Shown here: positions 33,210-44,629 of the stretch, in pieces
Layout of the letters: every line of letters starts with the position of its first letter
Position numbering within the stretch: position 1 is the stretch's first letter
Assembly (NCBI GenBank): GCA_944336975.1
Contig: CALVLH010000006.1
Coordinates: 6,634-70,633, forward strand
Length of the DNA stretch: 64,000 nucleotides
From: an uncultured Clostridia bacterium
Lineage (GTDB): Bacteria; Bacillota; Clostridia; Christensenellales; Borkfalkiaceae
Direction of reading: 5' to 3'
Made by a program: the position numbers and the translations under genes
The notes under the pieces: generated by a model
The model's database searches: none
What the model was told of the DNA's origin: nothing
Seen by the model: only the letters and a program-made list of their open reading frames with translations

Positions 33210-34094
33210 TCAATCCTTTTTGAGGGGAATGGGACGGCGGTCTGCGACGAAGATGACGCCCAGCGTGCCGGGACCGCAATGCGATCCGATGACGGGCCCC
33301 ACGATCTGCCGCACGATCTGCGCTTCGGGACGCTTTTCCAAGATGAGATCGCGCAGGCGGTCTCCGTCCTCCTTGCAGTCCGCGTCCACGATGTAGACGG
33401 AATATTTGTCCGCGTCGCGCAGTTCCTCGACGACGTGCGCCGCAAGCGTGGAGATCGCCTTCTTCCTGCCGCCCACTTTCGTAAGCACGCTCAGTCCGCC
33501 CTCCTCGTTGAAGGTGAGGACGGGTTTGAGGCTCAGGAGCGTCCCCGCGACGGCGGCAAAGCCCGAAAGCCGCCCGCCGCGCTTCAAGTGCATGAGATCG
33601 TCCACGACGAAGTAGACCGCGACGCGGTCGGTAAACTCTTTCAGGAACGCGAGGATCTCCTCGTCGGAAGCGCCCGCCTTCTTCATGAGCGCCGCCTGTT
33701 CCACCTGGATGCCCGCGCCCAGCGAAATGCCGTTGGTGTTGAATACCGTGCATTTGCGCTCGGGATACTTCTCTTTGAGTTCGCGGAGCGCGATGTCGAG
33801 GTAGTTGAACGTGCCGCTCATCTTATGGGAAAAGCTGACGTAGAGCACATCCTCTCCCTTTTCGAAATAGGGCGTAAGGATCTCTTTATAATCCTCGGGA
33901 TTGAGCGCCTGCGTCTTGGGCACGGCGCCGCCGCGGACGGCGTCGTAAAACGCCCTGAAATCGGTGTTTTTTCCCAAGTCATACCGATATTCCTTCTCTT
34001 CCACGTAATAGGGCATGGAAATATAGTCCAGCCCGAGCTCCTCGGCACGCGTATGCCAAAGCTCGCAGTTTGAATCGCACAATAATACGCTCAT
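33210..34094 (-). CDS. DegV-family fatty-acid-binding protein
   Basis: 294 aa from the ATG at 34094 (SD GAGGAG upstream; ORF-track extension to 34148 rejected). DegV-like layout: SGTFN, HLKRGGR. Confidence 0.9.
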   Translation of the reverse strand: MSVLLCDSNCELWHTRAEELGLDYISMPYYVEEKEYRYDLGKNTDFRAFYDAVRGGAVPKTQALNPEDYKEILTPYFEKGEDVLYVSFSHKMSGTFNYLDIALRELKEKYPERKCTVFNTNGISLGAGIQVEQAALMKKAGASDEEILAFLKEFTDRVAVYFVVDDLMHLKRGGRLSGFAAVAGTLLSLKPVLTFNEEGGLSVLTKVGGRKKAISTLAAHVVEELRDADKYSVYIVDADCKEDGDRLRDLILEKRPEAQIVRQIVGPVIGSHCGPGTLGVIFVADRRPIPLKKD

Positions 34095-34169
34095 TCTTTC
34101 TCTCCTCAAATATAGCTTGGGGCGTTTCCGCGGCTCCCGCCTCTCCATCTCCCCGATGCCCCTGCGATT

Positions 34170-34198
34170 ATTTTACTATATTTTCCGCCAATTATCAA
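34170..34198 (-). promoter_or_regulatory. sigma-A promoter candidate for degV-tmk-rimM-trmD
   Basis: Minus strand: TTGATA (34198-34193), 17-nt spacer, TAAAAT (34175-34170). Confidence 0.45.
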
Positions 34199-34360
34199 GT
34201 CTTTTGACAAAAATTCGCGCGTTCCCGCGAAAAACGGCGCGGCTCTCACGCACGGCGGGCGGGCCTTTCCGCCGCGAAAAGCGCGTTCGGAAAAGAACTT
34301 TCTCGCCGCGCCTTACGGAATGCGCGCCGCAGAGGCTCTGCGGCACGCAACGTGTCCTAT

Positions 34361-35362
34361 CTATTTTACCCACTCAAAAAACGCCTTCAAGGCGGACGGA
34401 AGCGCATAACGCTTCCCGATCTCCTCCGCCGTCGCCCACACGAAGCGCTCATCCCTTTCGGGCACGCGGACGAGATACCCCGTCATTTCCCACTCCTTAT
34501 GCGTGAAGATGTGAACGGCGCGCTTTTGTGCGAGCACCTCGCCCCTGTCGGGCGGCGCGTCCCTACCCTCGACGAGCGGGAACTGCCACAAGCCCGCCAG
34601 AAGCCCTTTGTCCTTCCTGCGTTCCAGGGCAAACTCCCCGCCGCATTGCAGGACGTATACGCTCACGGGGATCCTCTCCCGCGCCTTTTTTTCCGCGCGG
34701 ACGGGATAACGTTCCTCTTCGCCCGCCGCGTGCGCGAGACACAGCGTTTCCCACGGGCATTCCCCGCACAGCGGCGCCCCGTTGGGCAGGCAGACGAGCG
34801 CGCCCAACTCCATGAGCGCCTGCGCGAAATCGCCCGCCTCGGGGGGATATACCGCGCGGAGCGCTTCCGCAAAGCGCGATCTCGTCGCCGCGTCCCCGAT
34901 CTCGCCCGGATCGGCGAGCAGGCGCGTCAGCACGCGCAGGACGTTCCCGTCCACCGCGGGACAGGGCAGATCGTACGCGATGGAGCAGATCGCCCCCGCC
35001 GTATAATCCCCCACGCCCGGGAGAGCGCGCACGTCCGCGAACGTCTCGGGAAAGGCGCCCGCCGCCGCGATCGCCTTGGCGGCGCGGTGAAGATTGCGCG
35101 CGCGGGAATAGTATCCCAACCCCTCCCACGCTTTGAGCACCTCGTCTTCGGGCGCCGCCGCGAGCGCGGACACGGTCGGGAATTTTTCCAGAAAACGGAT
35201 ATAGTACCCCTTGACCGCCTCTACGCGCGTCTGTTGGAGCATGATCTCCGAAACCCAAACATGGTACGGCTCTTTATCCTTGCGCCAGGGCAGGTCGCGT
35301 CTGAAAAGGCGGTACCATGCCAGAAGATGCGGTACCGCCTGCTCTAATCTTTCCCGTTCCAT
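34361..35362 (-). CDS. mutY: A/G-specific adenine DNA glycosylase
   Basis: 333 aa. PYHVWVSEIMLQQTRV, HhH-GPD LPGVGDYTAGAI, 4Fe-4S loop C....C..CP....C, NUDIX-like C-terminal domain. The ATG overlaps the fhs stop by 1 nt. Confidence 0.92.
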   Translation of the reverse strand: MERERLEQAVPHLLAWYRLFRRDLPWRKDKEPYHVWVSEIMLQQTRVEAVKGYYIRFLEKFPTVSALAAAPEDEVLKAWEGLGYYSRARNLHRAAKAIAAAGAFPETFADVRALPGVGDYTAGAICSIAYDLPCPAVDGNVLRVLTRLLADPGEIGDAATRSRFAEALRAVYPPEAGDFAQALMELGALVCLPNGAPLCGECPWETLCLAHAAGEEERYPVRAEKKARERIPVSVYVLQCGGEFALERRKDKGLLAGLWQFPLVEGRDAPPDRGEVLAQKRAVHIFTHKEWEMTGYLVRVPERDERFVWATAEEIGKRYALPSALKAFFEWVK

Positions 35363-37026
35363 CAGAAGAGTCCGACGATCTTTCCCGTCTCGTCCACGTC
35401 GATGCGCTCCGCGGCGGGAGACTTGGGAAGCCCGGGCATGGTCATGATGTTTCCCGTCAGAGCGACGATGAACCCCGCCCCCGCGGACACCTTGACATTG
35501 CGGACCGTTATTTCGAAATGCTCGGGCGCGCCGAGTTTGGTCATGTCGTCCGAGAAGGAATACTGCGTCTTTGCCATGCAGACGGGGATCTTGTCGAACC
35601 CGAGCGCGGTGAGCTGCGCGATCTGCTTTTCCGCGTCCGCGGTATAGATGACGCCGTCGCCGCCGTAGATCTTTGTGACGATGGCTCCGATCTTCTCCTT
35701 GATGGAAAGTTTCTCGTCATAGCAGAAGCGGAAGTCGGACTTCTCTCCGCACAGGCGCACGACCTCTTCGGCGAGCGCTTCGCCGCCCTTGCCCCCTTCC
35801 GCCCAGACGGTGGAGAGGATGACGTTCACCCCGAGCGCTCTGCACTTTTCCATGACGAGCGCGATCTCGGCGTCCGTATCCGTCGGGAAGCGGTTGACCG
35901 CCACGACGGAGGGAAGCCCGTAGACGTTTCTGATGTTGGAGACGTGGCGCAGGAGGTTGGGAAGCCCCTTTTCGAGCGCGGCGAGGTTTTCGCCGTTCAG
36001 CTCCGTCTTTGCAAGCCCGCCGTGCATTTTGAGCGCACGGACGGTCGCCACGATGACCACCGCCGACGGCTTCAAGCCCGCCACGCGGCACTTGATGTCG
36101 AGGAATTTTTCCGCGCCGAGATCGGCGCCGAAGCCCGCTTCCGTCACGACGTAATCGCCCGATCTGAGCGCGACGCGCGTCGCCATCACCGAATTGCACC
36201 CGTGCGCGATGTTCGCAAACGGCCCGCCGTGCACGAACGCGGGCGTGCCTTCCAGCGTCTGCGCGAGGTTGGGTTTCAGCGCGTCTTTTAAAAGCGCGGT
36301 CATCGCGCCCGCCGCTTTGAGCTGCCCCGCCGTGACGGGCTTATCGTCATAGGTATAGCCGACGATGATGCGCGAAAGGCGCGCTTTGAGGTCGGAAAGC
36401 GAGGTCGCAAGGCAGAGCACCGCCATGATCTCGCTCGCGACGGTGATGTCGTATCCGTCCTCGCGCGGCACGCCGTTCTTGTTCCCGCCCAACCCGTCGA
36501 CGACGAAGCGGAGCTGACGGTCGTTCATGTCCACGCAGCGGCGCCAGGTGATCTTCCTCGGATCGATGTTGAGCGCGTTGCCCTGGAAGATGTGATTGTC
36601 CAGCATCGCCGCGAGCAGGTTGTTCGCCGCGCCGATGGCGTGGAAATCGCCCGTGAAATGCAGGTTGATGTCCTCCATGGGCACGACCTGCGCATACCCG
36701 CCGCCTGCCGCGCCGCCCTTTACGCCGAACACAGGGCCGAGCGACGGCTCGCGGAGCGCGACGACGACGTCCTTCCCGATGCGGGCAAGCCCGTCGGCAA
36801 GCCCGATCGTGGTCGTCGTCTTCCCTTCGCCCGCGGGCGTGGGATTGATCGCCGTGACCAGGATGAGTTTTCCGTCCTTTTTCTTCTTTTCCAAGACGGA
36901 CAGGTCCACTTTCGCCTTATATTTGCCGTAATATTCGATCTCGTCTTCCGAAAGATGCGCACGTTTCGCGATCTCGGAAATATGCCTGAGTTTCGCCTCC
37001 TGAGCGATCTCGATGTCCGTTTTCAT
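35362..37026 (-). CDS. fhs: formate-tetrahydrofolate ligase
   Basis: 554 aa from [46 protein letters not shown]. The ORF-track extension to 37068 was rejected. Confidence 0.97.
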   Translation of the reverse strand: MKTDIEIAQEAKLRHISEIAKRAHLSEDEIEYYGKYKAKVDLSVLEKKKKDGKLILVTAINPTPAGEGKTTTTIGLADGLARIGKDVVVALREPSLGPVFGVKGGAAGGGYAQVVPMEDINLHFTGDFHAIGAANNLLAAMLDNHIFQGNALNIDPRKITWRRCVDMNDRQLRFVVDGLGGNKNGVPREDGYDITVASEIMAVLCLATSLSDLKARLSRIIVGYTYDDKPVTAGQLKAAGAMTALLKDALKPNLAQTLEGTPAFVHGGPFANIAHGCNSVMATRVALRSGDYVVTEAGFGADLGAEKFLDIKCRVAGLKPSAVVIVATVRALKMHGGLAKTELNGENLAALEKGLPNLLRHVSNIRNVYGLPSVVAVNRFPTDTDAEIALVMEKCRALGVNVILSTVWAEGGKGGEALAEEVVRLCGEKSDFRFCYDEKLSIKEKIGAIVTKIYGGDGVIYTADAEKQIAQLTALGFDKIPVCMAKTQYSFSDDMTKLGAPEHFEITVRNVKVSAGAGFIVALTGNIMTMPGLPKSPAAERIDVDETGKIVGLF

Positions 37027-37039
37027 CTCTTTCCCCCAC

Positions 37040-40000
37040 TTATCTGAAATATCTGACCGCGCTTTCAAAGAGCTTCATGTCGTATTCGCCGGGCACGTTG
37101 CGATAAAGTCCCGCGCCCTTGCGCTCGGAATGCCCCATCTTGCCGAAGACCCTGCCGTCGGGCGAGAGGATGCCCTCGATCGCCGCCGCACTGCCGTTGG
37201 GATTGAAGCGCACGTCCATCGTCGCCTTGCCGTCGAGATCGACGTATTGCGTCATGATCTGTCCCTTACGGGCAAGCTCCGTTACGAGCGCGTCGGAAGC
37301 GACGAATTTGCCCTCGCCGTGCGAAACGGGAACGGTGAAGACGTCCCCTGCGTTCACGCCCGAAAGCCAGGGCGAATGCACGGAAGCGACGCGCACGCGC
37401 ACCATGCGCGACTGGTGTCTGCCGATGTCGTTATAAGTGAGCGTCGGGCAGGTCTCGTCCGTGTCGACGATCTTGCCGTACGGCACCAAACCGAGCTTGA
37501 TGAGCGCCTGGAAGCCGTTGCAGATGCCGCCCATCAGCCCGTCGCGCGAGCCGAGCAGGCGCGCGACCTGCTCCCTGACCGCCTCGTTGCGGAAGAACGC
37601 CGTGATGAATTTGCCCGAGCCGTCCGGCTCGTCGCCGCCCGAGAATCCGCCGGGGATAAAGACGATCTGGCTCTCCTTCATGCGGGAAGCGAACGCCTCG
37701 ACCGAACGGGAAACGTCGTCGGCAGTAGTGTTGCGGATGACGAAGATGTCCGCCGCCGCGCCCGCGTCCTCGAACGCCTTTGCCGTATCGTATTCGCAGT
37801 TGGTGCCGGGGAACACGGGGATGAGGACTCTGGGGAGCGCGCACTTGTGCGAACAGACCGCCTCGCTGCGCGTTTCAAAGGTGTAATTTTCCGCGCTCTT
37901 CCCCGCGGGCGCGGGGATGTTGCACGCATACACGGGTTCCAGCTTGTCCTCGTACGCCTTCTGCAATTCGGCAAGCGACAGCGAGACGTCGCCGAGGGAG
38001 ATGTTCCCGTCCGACGTCGTCACGCCGACGACCGTCCCCTCCGAAGCCGAACCCGTGAGTTCGACGAGGAAACTGCCGTAAGCGTAATCGAAGAGAGAAG
38101 AGACGTCGGTGCCGCACGCATAGCGGAAACCGATCTTGTTGCCGAAGCACATCTTGAGCACCGCTTCCGCGACGCCGCCGAAGCCGGGCGTATATGCCGC
38201 GACCGCCTTGCCCGAGCGCAGGAGCTCTGTCACTTTGCGGAAGATTTCGACAAGAGACTTCGTCACGGGAAGCCCGTCTTTGTCGTATTCGGGACGAAGC
38301 GCGACGACGGTATGTCCCGCGCCCTTGAATTCGGGGGACACGACCTCGCCCGCCTTACCCGTCGTCACCGCGAAGGAAACGAGGGTGGGCGGCACGTCGA
38401 TGTGCTCGAACGTCCCGCTCATGGAGTCCTTGCCGCCGATCGCCGCACAGCCGAGTTCGAGCTGCGCCTTGAACGCGCCGAGGAGCGCGGAGAGCGGCTG
38501 TCCCCACCGCGCGGGATCGTGCATGGGCTTTTCGAAATATTCCTGGAAGGTGAGGTACACGTCCTCGAAATCCGCGCCCGAGGCGATGAGTTTGGAGATG
38601 CTCTCCACCACCGCGAGATAGGCGCCGTGATAGGGGCTTTTCTCCGCGATATAGGGATTGCCGCCCCACGCCATGTAGGAGACGGTATCCGTATGCCCGC
38701 GCTCGACGGACACGAGGTGTACCATCGCCTGCGAGGGCGTCATCTGATATTTCCCGCCGAAGGGCATCAGAACGGTGCCCGCGCCGATGGTCGAGTCGAA
38801 CCGCTCGGAAAGCCCGCGCTTGGAGCAGACGTTGAGATCGGACGCCAGCGCGAGATACCCCGCCTTAAAGTCCGTCACTTTTTCCCTGCGGTAATCTCTG
38901 ATCTTTTCGGGCGCGACGTCGATGTGCTTTTCCGCGCCGTTGGAGTTGAGGAATTCGCGGGAGACGTCCACGATCGTCTTGCCGTTCCACTTCATCACGA
39001 GGCGGGGCGACTCGGTTACCGTCGCGACGACGGTCGCTTCCAGGTTCTCCCGTGCGGCGAGCGCGATGAACTCCTCCGTTTTATCAGGCTCGACGACGAC
39101 CGCCATTCTCTCCTGCGATTCGGAAATGGCGAGTTCCGTCCCGTCCAGACCGTCGTATTTCTTGGGGACTGCGTTGAGGTCGATCTCCAACCCGTCGGCA
39201 AGTTCGCCGATCGCCACGGATACGCCGCCCGCGCCGAAGTCGTTACAGCGCTTGACGAGCAGCATCGCCTCGCGGTTGCGGAACAGGCGCTGCAATTTGC
39301 GCTCCTCGGGCGCGTTGCCCTTCTGCACCTCCGCGCCGCACGCGGTCAGAGATTGCAGGGTATGCGATTTGGAGGAACCCGTCGCGCCGCCGCAGCCGTC
39401 GCGCCCCGTCCTTCCGCCGAGCAGGATGACCTTGTCGCCGGGCGCGGGGACTTCTCTGCGCACGTTTTCCGCGGGCGTCGCCGCGATGACCGCGCCGATC
39501 TCCAACCGCTTCGCCGCATACCCTTCATGGTACATCTCGTCCACCTGACCGGTCGCAAGTCCGATCTGATTGCCGTACGAAGAATACCCCGCCGCCGCGG
39601 TCGTGACGATCTTGCGCTGGGGAAGTTTGCCTTTGAGCGTTTCGCTGACGGGACGGAGCGGATCCGCCGCGCCCGTCACGCGCATCGCCGCATAAACATA
39701 GCTTCTTCCCGAAAGCGGATCGCGGATGGCGCCGCCGATACAGGTCGCCGCGCCGCCGAACGGTTCGATCTCCGTCGGGTGATTGTGCGTTTCGTTCTTG
39801 AACAGGAGCAGCCAGTCCTCTTCCCTGCCGTCCACGTTCACTTTGATCTTGACCGTGCAGGCGTTGATCTCTTCCGATTCGTCCAGCTTATCCAAAAGCC
39901 CCTTCTTTTTGAGGTATTTCGCCGCCAGTGTGCCGATGTCCATGAGGTTGACGGGCTTGGTCCTGCCCAGCTCTTTCCTCGCCGCGAGATATTCGTCATA

Positions 40001-40732
40001 CGCCTTCTGCAACAGCTCGTCCTCGAATCTGACCGAGTCGATCGTCGTGAGGAAGGTGGTATGGCGGCAGTGATCCGACCAATAGGTGTCGATCATGCGG
40101 ATCTCGGTGAGCGTGGGATCGCGCCGTTCGGTGCGGAAATATTCCTGACAGAAGGCGATGTCGTCCGCGTCCATCGCGAGCGCGTATTTCTTCACGAACG
40201 CTTCCAATCCCGCGCGGTCGAGCTGTAAAAAGCCGTGGAGCGTCGCCACTTCCGTGGGCACGGGGTGGGCGATTTTCAGCGTTTCCGCCCTTTCCAGGCT
40301 CGCCTCGCGGCTCTCGACGGGGTTGATGACGTATTTTCTGATCGCCTGCATCTGCTCGTCGGTCACGTCCCCGTACACCGCGTATACCTTGGCGGTGCGC
40401 ACGAGCGGTCGTTCCTTCTGCGAAATGAGCTGGATGCACTGCGCCGCGGAATCCGCCCGCTGATCGAACTGACCGGGGAGATATTCCACCGCGAACACCT
40501 TCGCGCCTGAAAGATCGACCTCTTCCGTCGCGCGATCCATCTGCGGCTCGGAGAACACCGTCTTGACGCAATCGTCGAAGAGCGATCTCTCGATGTCCTC
40601 CACGTCGTAGCGGTTGATGACGCGGATCTTCTCCACGCCCGGGATCTCCAGAAATTCGGTGACGTTTTCGCGCAGAGAACGCGCTTCCGCGTCAAATCCC
40701 GCTTTCTTTTCCACATATACCCTGTAAACCAT
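37040..40732 (-). CDS. purL: phosphoribosylformylglycinamidine synthase, single-chain large form
   Basis: About 1230 aa from [17 protein letters not shown] synthetase domains plus a C-terminal glutaminase ([18 protein letters not shown]). The start is placed from the ORF-track frame (residue 29 of the tracked ORF). Confidence 0.97.
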   Translation of the reverse strand: MVYRVYVEKKAGFDAEARSLRENVTEFLEIPGVEKIRVINRYDVEDIERSLFDDCVKTVFSEPQMDRATEEVDLSGAKVFAVEYLPGQFDQRADSAAQCIQLISQKERPLVRTAKVYAVYGDVTDEQMQAIRKYVINPVESREASLERAETLKIAHPVPTEVATLHGFLQLDRAGLEAFVKKYALAMDADDIAFCQEYFRTERRDPTLTEIRMIDTYWSDHCRHTTFLTTIDSVRFEDELLQKAYDEYLAARKELGRTKPVNLMDIGTLAAKYLKKKGLLDKLDESEEINACTVKIKVNVDGREEDWLLLFKNETHNHPTEIEPFGGAATCIGGAIRDPLSGRSYVYAAMRVTGAADPLRPVSETLKGKLPQRKIVTTAAAGYSSYGNQIGLATGQVDEMYHEGYAAKRLEIGAVIAATPAENVRREVPAPGDKVILLGGRTGRDGCGGATGSSKSHTLQSLTACGAEVQKGNAPEERKLQRLFRNREAMLLVKRCNDFGAGGVSVAIGELADGLEIDLNAVPKKYDGLDGTELAISESQERMAVVVEPDKTEEFIALAARENLEATVVATVTESPRLVMKWNGKTIVDVSREFLNSNGAEKHIDVAPEKIRDYRREKVTDFKAGYLALASDLNVCSKRGLSERFDSTIGAGTVLMPFGGKYQMTPSQAMVHLVSVERGHTDTVSYMAWGGNPYIAEKSPYHGAYLAVVESISKLIASGADFEDVYLTFQEYFEKPMHDPARWGQPLSALLGAFKAQLELGCAAIGGKDSMSGTFEHIDVPPTLVSFAVTTGKAGEVVSPEFKGAGHTVVALRPEYDKDGLPVTKSLVEIFRKVTELLRSGKAVAAYTPGFGGVAEAVLKMCFGNKIGFRYACGTDVSSLFDYAYGSFLVELTGSASEGTVVGVTTSDGNISLGDVSLSLAELQKAYEDKLEPVYACNIPAPAGKSAENYTFETRSEAVCSHKCALPRVLIPVFPGTNCEYDTAKAFEDAGAAADIFVIRNTTADDVSRSVEAFASRMKESQIVFIPGGFSGGDEPDGSGKFITAFFRNEAVREQVARLLGSRDGLMGGICNGFQALIKLGLVPYGKIVDTDETCPTLTYNDIGRHQSRMVRVRVASVHSPWLSGVNAGDVFTVPVSHGEGKFVASDALVTELARKGQIMTQYVDLDGKATMDVRFNPNGSAAAIEGILSPDGRVFGKMGHSERKGAGLYRNVPGEYDMKLFESAVRYFR

Positions 40733-40733
40733 G

Positions 40734-42008
40734 TCAGTCCTCCCGCTTGCAGGCGAGCGCGCGCCTGCCGATGTCCTTTCTGTAATAGGCATTTCCGAAG
40801 CGGATCTTTTCCGCAAGGCGATAGGCGCCGTCCACCGCTTCTTTGAGCGTGTCCGCCGTCGCGACCGCGCCCACGACGCGTCCGCCCGCCGTTTTCAGTT
40901 TGCCGTCTTCCCGCTTTGCGCCCGCCACATAGATATATTCGTCCTTTCCCGTTTCGGGAAGCGTCATCTCGAAGCCTGATTCGTACTTTTTCGGGTACCC
41001 CTCGGACGCGAGCACCACGCAGCACGCCGCGCCCTTTTTAAAGCGCACCATGTCTGGCGTCAGGCGCACCTCGCGCACCGCCAGCATGATGTCCAGAAGA
41101 TCGCTCTCCAAAAGCGGGAGCACGACCTGCGTTTCGGGATCGCCGAAACGGCAGTTGTATTCGATGACCTTGGGGCCCTTGGGCGTGAGCATCAGCCCGA
41201 AATACAGGCACCCGCGGAAAGGCCTGCCCTCCGCGTTCATCGCGGACACGGTCGGGTGGAAGATGCGCTCCATGCACTCCTTTGCCACCGCTTCCGTATA
41301 GTAGGGATTGGGCGCGACCGTGCCCATGCCGCCCGTATTCAGCCCTTCGTCGTGATCGAGCGCGCGCTTGTGGTCCATGGAAGAGACCATGGGGACGATG
41401 GTCTTGCCATCGGTGAAGGAGAGAACGGAGACCTCGGGCCCCGTCAGGAACTCCTCGATCAGGATCTTGTTCCCGCTTTCCCCGAACACCTTGTCGCACA
41501 TGATCTCGCGGACGGCATTTTCCGCCTCTTCGAAGTTCTGCGCGATGATGACGCCCTTTCCAAGCGCCAGCCCGTCCGCCTTGATGACGGCGGGATAGGA
41601 ACTGCGTTTGAGATAGGCGATCGCCGCTTCCGCGTCCGTGAACGTCTCGCTGTCCGCGGTCGGGATGCCGTATTTTTTCATGAGGTTCTTGGAAAATACC
41701 TTGCTCCCCTCGATGATCGCCGCGTTTTTCAGCGGTCCGAAACAGTGTACGCCCAGCTTTTCCAGGCGGTCGACGCAGCCTAAGACGAGCGGATCGTCGG
41801 GCGCGACCACCGCAAAATCCACTCTATGCGTGCGTGCGAACTCCACGATCCCGTCCACGTCGTTCGCCTTGATCGGATAGCACTCCGCGTCCGCCGCGAT
41901 CCCGCCGTTACCGGGGAGCGCGTAGATCTTCTCCACGGACGCGTTCTTTCTGAGGCTCTTGATGATGGCGTGCTCTCTTCCGCCGCCGCCGATGACCAGA
42001 ATATCCAT
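40734..42008 (-). CDS. purD: phosphoribosylamine-glycine ligase
   Basis: 424 aa from MDILVIGGGGREHAI (SD GGAGGG upstream). ATP-grasp motifs. The ORF-track extension to 42218 was rejected. Confidence 0.97.
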   Translation of the reverse strand: MDILVIGGGGREHAIIKSLRKNASVEKIYALPGNGGIAADAECYPIKANDVDGIVEFARTHRVDFAVVAPDDPLVLGCVDRLEKLGVHCFGPLKNAAIIEGSKVFSKNLMKKYGIPTADSETFTDAEAAIAYLKRSSYPAVIKADGLALGKGVIIAQNFEEAENAVREIMCDKVFGESGNKILIEEFLTGPEVSVLSFTDGKTIVPMVSSMDHKRALDHDEGLNTGGMGTVAPNPYYTEAVAKECMERIFHPTVSAMNAEGRPFRGCLYFGLMLTPKGPKVIEYNCRFGDPETQVVLPLLESDLLDIMLAVREVRLTPDMVRFKKGAACCVVLASEGYPKKYESGFEMTLPETGKDEYIYVAGAKREDGKLKTAGGRVVGAVATADTLKEAVDGAYRLAEKIRFGNAYYRKDIGRRALACKRED

Positions 42009-42059
42009 AATCCCTCCTGCGTATAAGTTTGCCGCCGCAAAGGGCGGCGGGAAATGTTT

Positions 42060-42096
42060 CAGAAAACGGGGCAAGGCGGAATCGCTTCCGCCCCGT
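42060..42096 (-). terminator. terminator-like hairpin between the AICAR transformylase gene and purD (possible internal attenuator)
   Basis: Minus strand: ACGGGGC-(GGAAgcgaTTCC gcctt)-GCCCCGT followed by TTTCT. It sits in the 103-nt gap, the largest intergenic gap inside the pur operon. Confidence 0.35.
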
Positions 42097-42111
42097 AAGT
42101 CAGAAATAAGA

Positions 42112-43299
42112 TCAGTGATGGAACAGACGCATCCCCGTGAACGCCATGACCATATTATGCGCGTCCGCCGCGTCGATGACGAGCTGATCGCGGATGGATC
42201 CGCCCGGCTCCGCCACATAGCTCACGCCGCTGCGGAACGCCCGTTCGATGTTGTCCGAGAACGGGAAGAACGCGTCGCTCCCGAGCGAAACGCCCGTGAT
42301 CGTCTTGAGGTACGCCGCCTTCTCTTCGCGCGTGAAGGGTTCGGGACGGACGGCGAAGTTCTTGCGCCATACGTCGTCGCCGAGCACCTCTTCCGCCTCG
42401 TCGGAGAGATACAGGTCGATGATGTTGTTCATCTCGGGCCTGCCCACCCCTTCCGCGAATTGCAGGGAAAGCACCTTCTCGTGCTGACGCAGGTGCCAGA
42501 GGTCGGCTTTCTGCGCCGCAAGGCGGGTGCAGTGGATGCGCGACTGCTGTCCTGCGCCCACGCCGATCGCCTGTCCGTCCGCCGCAAAGCACACGGAGTT
42601 GGACTGCGTGTATTTGAGGGTGATGAGCGAGATGATGAGATCGATCGCCTTGTCCTCGGGAAGCTCTTTGTTCTTCGTCACGATGTTATGAAGAAGCGCC
42701 CTGTCGATGCGGAAATTGTTTCTCCCCTGCTCGAAGGTGATACCGAACACTTGCTTGCGCTCGATCTCTTCGGGTACGTATGCAGGGTCAATCCTGACGA
42801 TATTATAGTTGCCCTTGCGCTTGGTGAGCAGCAGGGCGAACGCCTCGTCGGTATAGCCGGGCGCGATGACGCCGTCGGACACCTCGCGCGCGATGATCTT
42901 CGCCGTGGTCAGATCGCACACGTCGGAAAGCGCGATCCAGTCGCCGAAGGAGGACATCCTGTCCGTGCCGCGGGCGCGGGCATACGCGCAGGCGAGAGGA
43001 GAATCGTCGAGCCCCTCGATGTCGTCCACGAAGCACGCCTTTTTGAGCGCGGGAGAGAGCTTTTTGCCCACCGCCGCGGACGTCGGGGAAACGTGCTTGA
43101 AGCTGGTCGCGCAGGGAAGCCCCGTCGCCTCTTTCAGCTCTTTGACGAGCTGCCAGGAGTTGAACGCGTCCAGAAAGTTGATATACCCGGGTCTGCCGTT
43201 GAGTACCTCGACAGGCAGTTCCGCGCCGTTCGCCATGTAGATGCGCGCGGGTTTCTGATTGGGGTTGCAACCGTATTTTAAGGAAAATTCGTTCATCAT
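42112..43299 (-). CDS. purH: AICAR transformylase (PurH formyltransferase domain only)
   Basis: 395 aa. SLKYGCNPNQ, SFKHVSPTSAAVG, GVGAGQQSRIHCTRLA, SDAFFPFSDNIERA. It lacks the N-terminal MGS-like IMP cyclohydrolase domain of bifunctional PurH. Confidence 0.9.
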   Translation of the reverse strand: MMNEFSLKYGCNPNQKPARIYMANGAELPVEVLNGRPGYINFLDAFNSWQLVKELKEATGLPCATSFKHVSPTSAAVGKKLSPALKKACFVDDIEGLDDSPLACAYARARGTDRMSSFGDWIALSDVCDLTTAKIIAREVSDGVIAPGYTDEAFALLLTKRKGNYNIVRIDPAYVPEEIERKQVFGITFEQGRNNFRIDRALLHNIVTKNKELPEDKAIDLIISLITLKYTQSNSVCFAADGQAIGVGAGQQSRIHCTRLAAQKADLWHLRQHEKVLSLQFAEGVGRPEMNNIIDLYLSDEAEEVLGDDVWRKNFAVRPEPFTREEKAAYLKTITGVSLGSDAFFPFSDNIERAFRSGVSYVAEPGGSIRDQLVIDAADAHNMVMAFTGMRLFHH

Positions 43300-44015
43300 T
43301 TCACCTCGTGTTTGTTATACATCACGTTCTCCGTCTTTCCGCTCGCGAGATCGATGCTGCGGCAGTAGAGGGAGATCTTGTTGTTTTCGTCCAGATTGTT
43401 CCAGATCTCTTCCGCGAACGCCGTGAGATCGTTCGGGATGCTCACGCGCTCGGGCTCGCCCATAAAGGTCGGGAGCGGGTTCCCGTCGGTGACATAGGTG
43501 TGGATGAAATGCCCCACGCCGTCGAGCGGCTCATAGTCGAAGGTATAGCGGTTGCACGCCGTGCCCTTTTCGTCCGCGCTCTTTAAGATGGACATCTGAT
43601 AGGTATAGCCCCCGTCGAGATGCAGGATCGCGCTGATGCGGGGGGTAAAGTTGGGCGCGTCCGGCTCGAACGCGCGCGTTTTCAGCGCACAGCGGAAGCA
43701 CTTGCCCGCTTTGAGGAATTCTTCGATCGTATCCGTCTGATCGCCGTTGGTGACGATGACGTCCTTTCCCACCGCCTTGACGGGGGAATAGATGATGAGA
43801 GAAGGATCTTCCACCTTGCTCTCGTCGAAGGGATAGATGACGACCTCGCCCCCTTTCTCCACGAACACGCGGTTGCGGCTGTTCTCGCTTCGCCCCATGA
43901 TGAAGTAGGCGAACACCGCCTTCCTGCCGTCCGCCGATTTGCCGACGACGATCCCTCTGCCCACATACGGATTGCCCGCGATGCGCTCTTTCATGCTCTT
44001 CGTCTCATAGCTCAT
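43296..44015 (-). CDS. IMP cyclohydrolase, stand-alone (PurO-like / IMP_cyclohyd family)
   Basis: 239 aa. NPYVGRGIVVGKSADGRKAVFAYFIMGRSENSRNRVF resembles the archaeal-type IMP cyclohydrolase family as I recall it. Overlaps purN (stop) and purH (start) by 4 nt each. Confidence 0.8.
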   Translation of the reverse strand: MSYETKSMKERIAGNPYVGRGIVVGKSADGRKAVFAYFIMGRSENSRNRVFVEKGGEVVIYPFDESKVEDPSLIIYSPVKAVGKDVIVTNGDQTDTIEEFLKAGKCFRCALKTRAFEPDAPNFTPRISAILHLDGGYTYQMSILKSADEKGTACNRYTFDYEPLDGVGHFIHTYVTDGNPLPTFMGEPERVSIPNDLTAFAEEIWNNLDENNKISLYCRSIDLASGKTENVMYNKHEVK

Positions 44016-44629
44016 TTCTCTTCACCTCTCAGTTTTTTGCACACGATCTCGCAGGCGCGGGGCAGAATTTTCCACTCCGCCTGCCGCATCACCCGCTTTT
44101 GCAGGCGTTCGGGCGTATCCCCTTCGCGCACGCCGACCGCCTTTTGCAGGATGATCTGCCCGCCGTCGGGGATCTCGTTGACGTAATGCACCGTCGCGCC
44201 CGTCACCTTCACGCCGTAGGAAAGCGCCGCTTCGTGCACTTTCAGCCCGTAAAAGCCCTTTCCGCAGAAGGAAGGGATGAGCGACGGGTGGATGTTGATC
44301 ATCCTGCCCGCATATTCCGCCGTGAACGCCTCGCTCAGGATGGAAAGATACCCCGCGAGCACGACCAGCTCCACGCCCTTCTCCCGAAGAACGCGCCGCA
44401 TCTCGCCCTCGCGCGCGGCGGGATCGGGATATTGCGCGCGGTCCACGCAGACCGCCTCCACGCCCGCCTTTCTCGCGCGTTCGAGCGCATAGGCGTCGGG
44501 GCGGTTGGAAAGCACGAGCACGATCTCCCCGTCGGGGAGGTTGCCCGCGCGCTCCTCGTCCAAGAGCGCCTGTAAATTGGTGCCGCCGCCCGATACCAGG
44601 ACGGCGATGCGCACTTTTTCCGTTAACAT
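44012..44629 (-). CDS. purN: phosphoribosylglycinamide formyltransferase
   Basis: 205 aa. [37 protein letters not shown]. Confidence 0.93.
   Translation of the reverse strand: MLTEKVRIAVLVSGGGTNLQALLDEERAGNLPDGEIVLVLSNRPDAYALERARKAGVEAVCVDRAQYPDPAAREGEMRRVLREKGVELVVLAGYLSILSEAFTAEYAGRMINIHPSLIPSFCGKGFYGLKVHEAALSYGVKVTGATVHYVNEIPDGGQIILQKAVGVREGDTPERLQKRVMRQAEWKILPRACEIVCKKLRGEEK

Noticed and set aside
40730-40925. Apparent 1-nt disagreement between my manual base counting and the ORF-track coordinates around the purL start and purD stop, with an apparent extra C near 40921. I considered a frameshift or assembly error.
   Set aside because: The ORF-track translations of purL and purD are uninterrupted and full length, so the discrepancy is most likely my own counting error. 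Coordinates here follow the ORF-track frame (purL start 40732, purD stop 40734).
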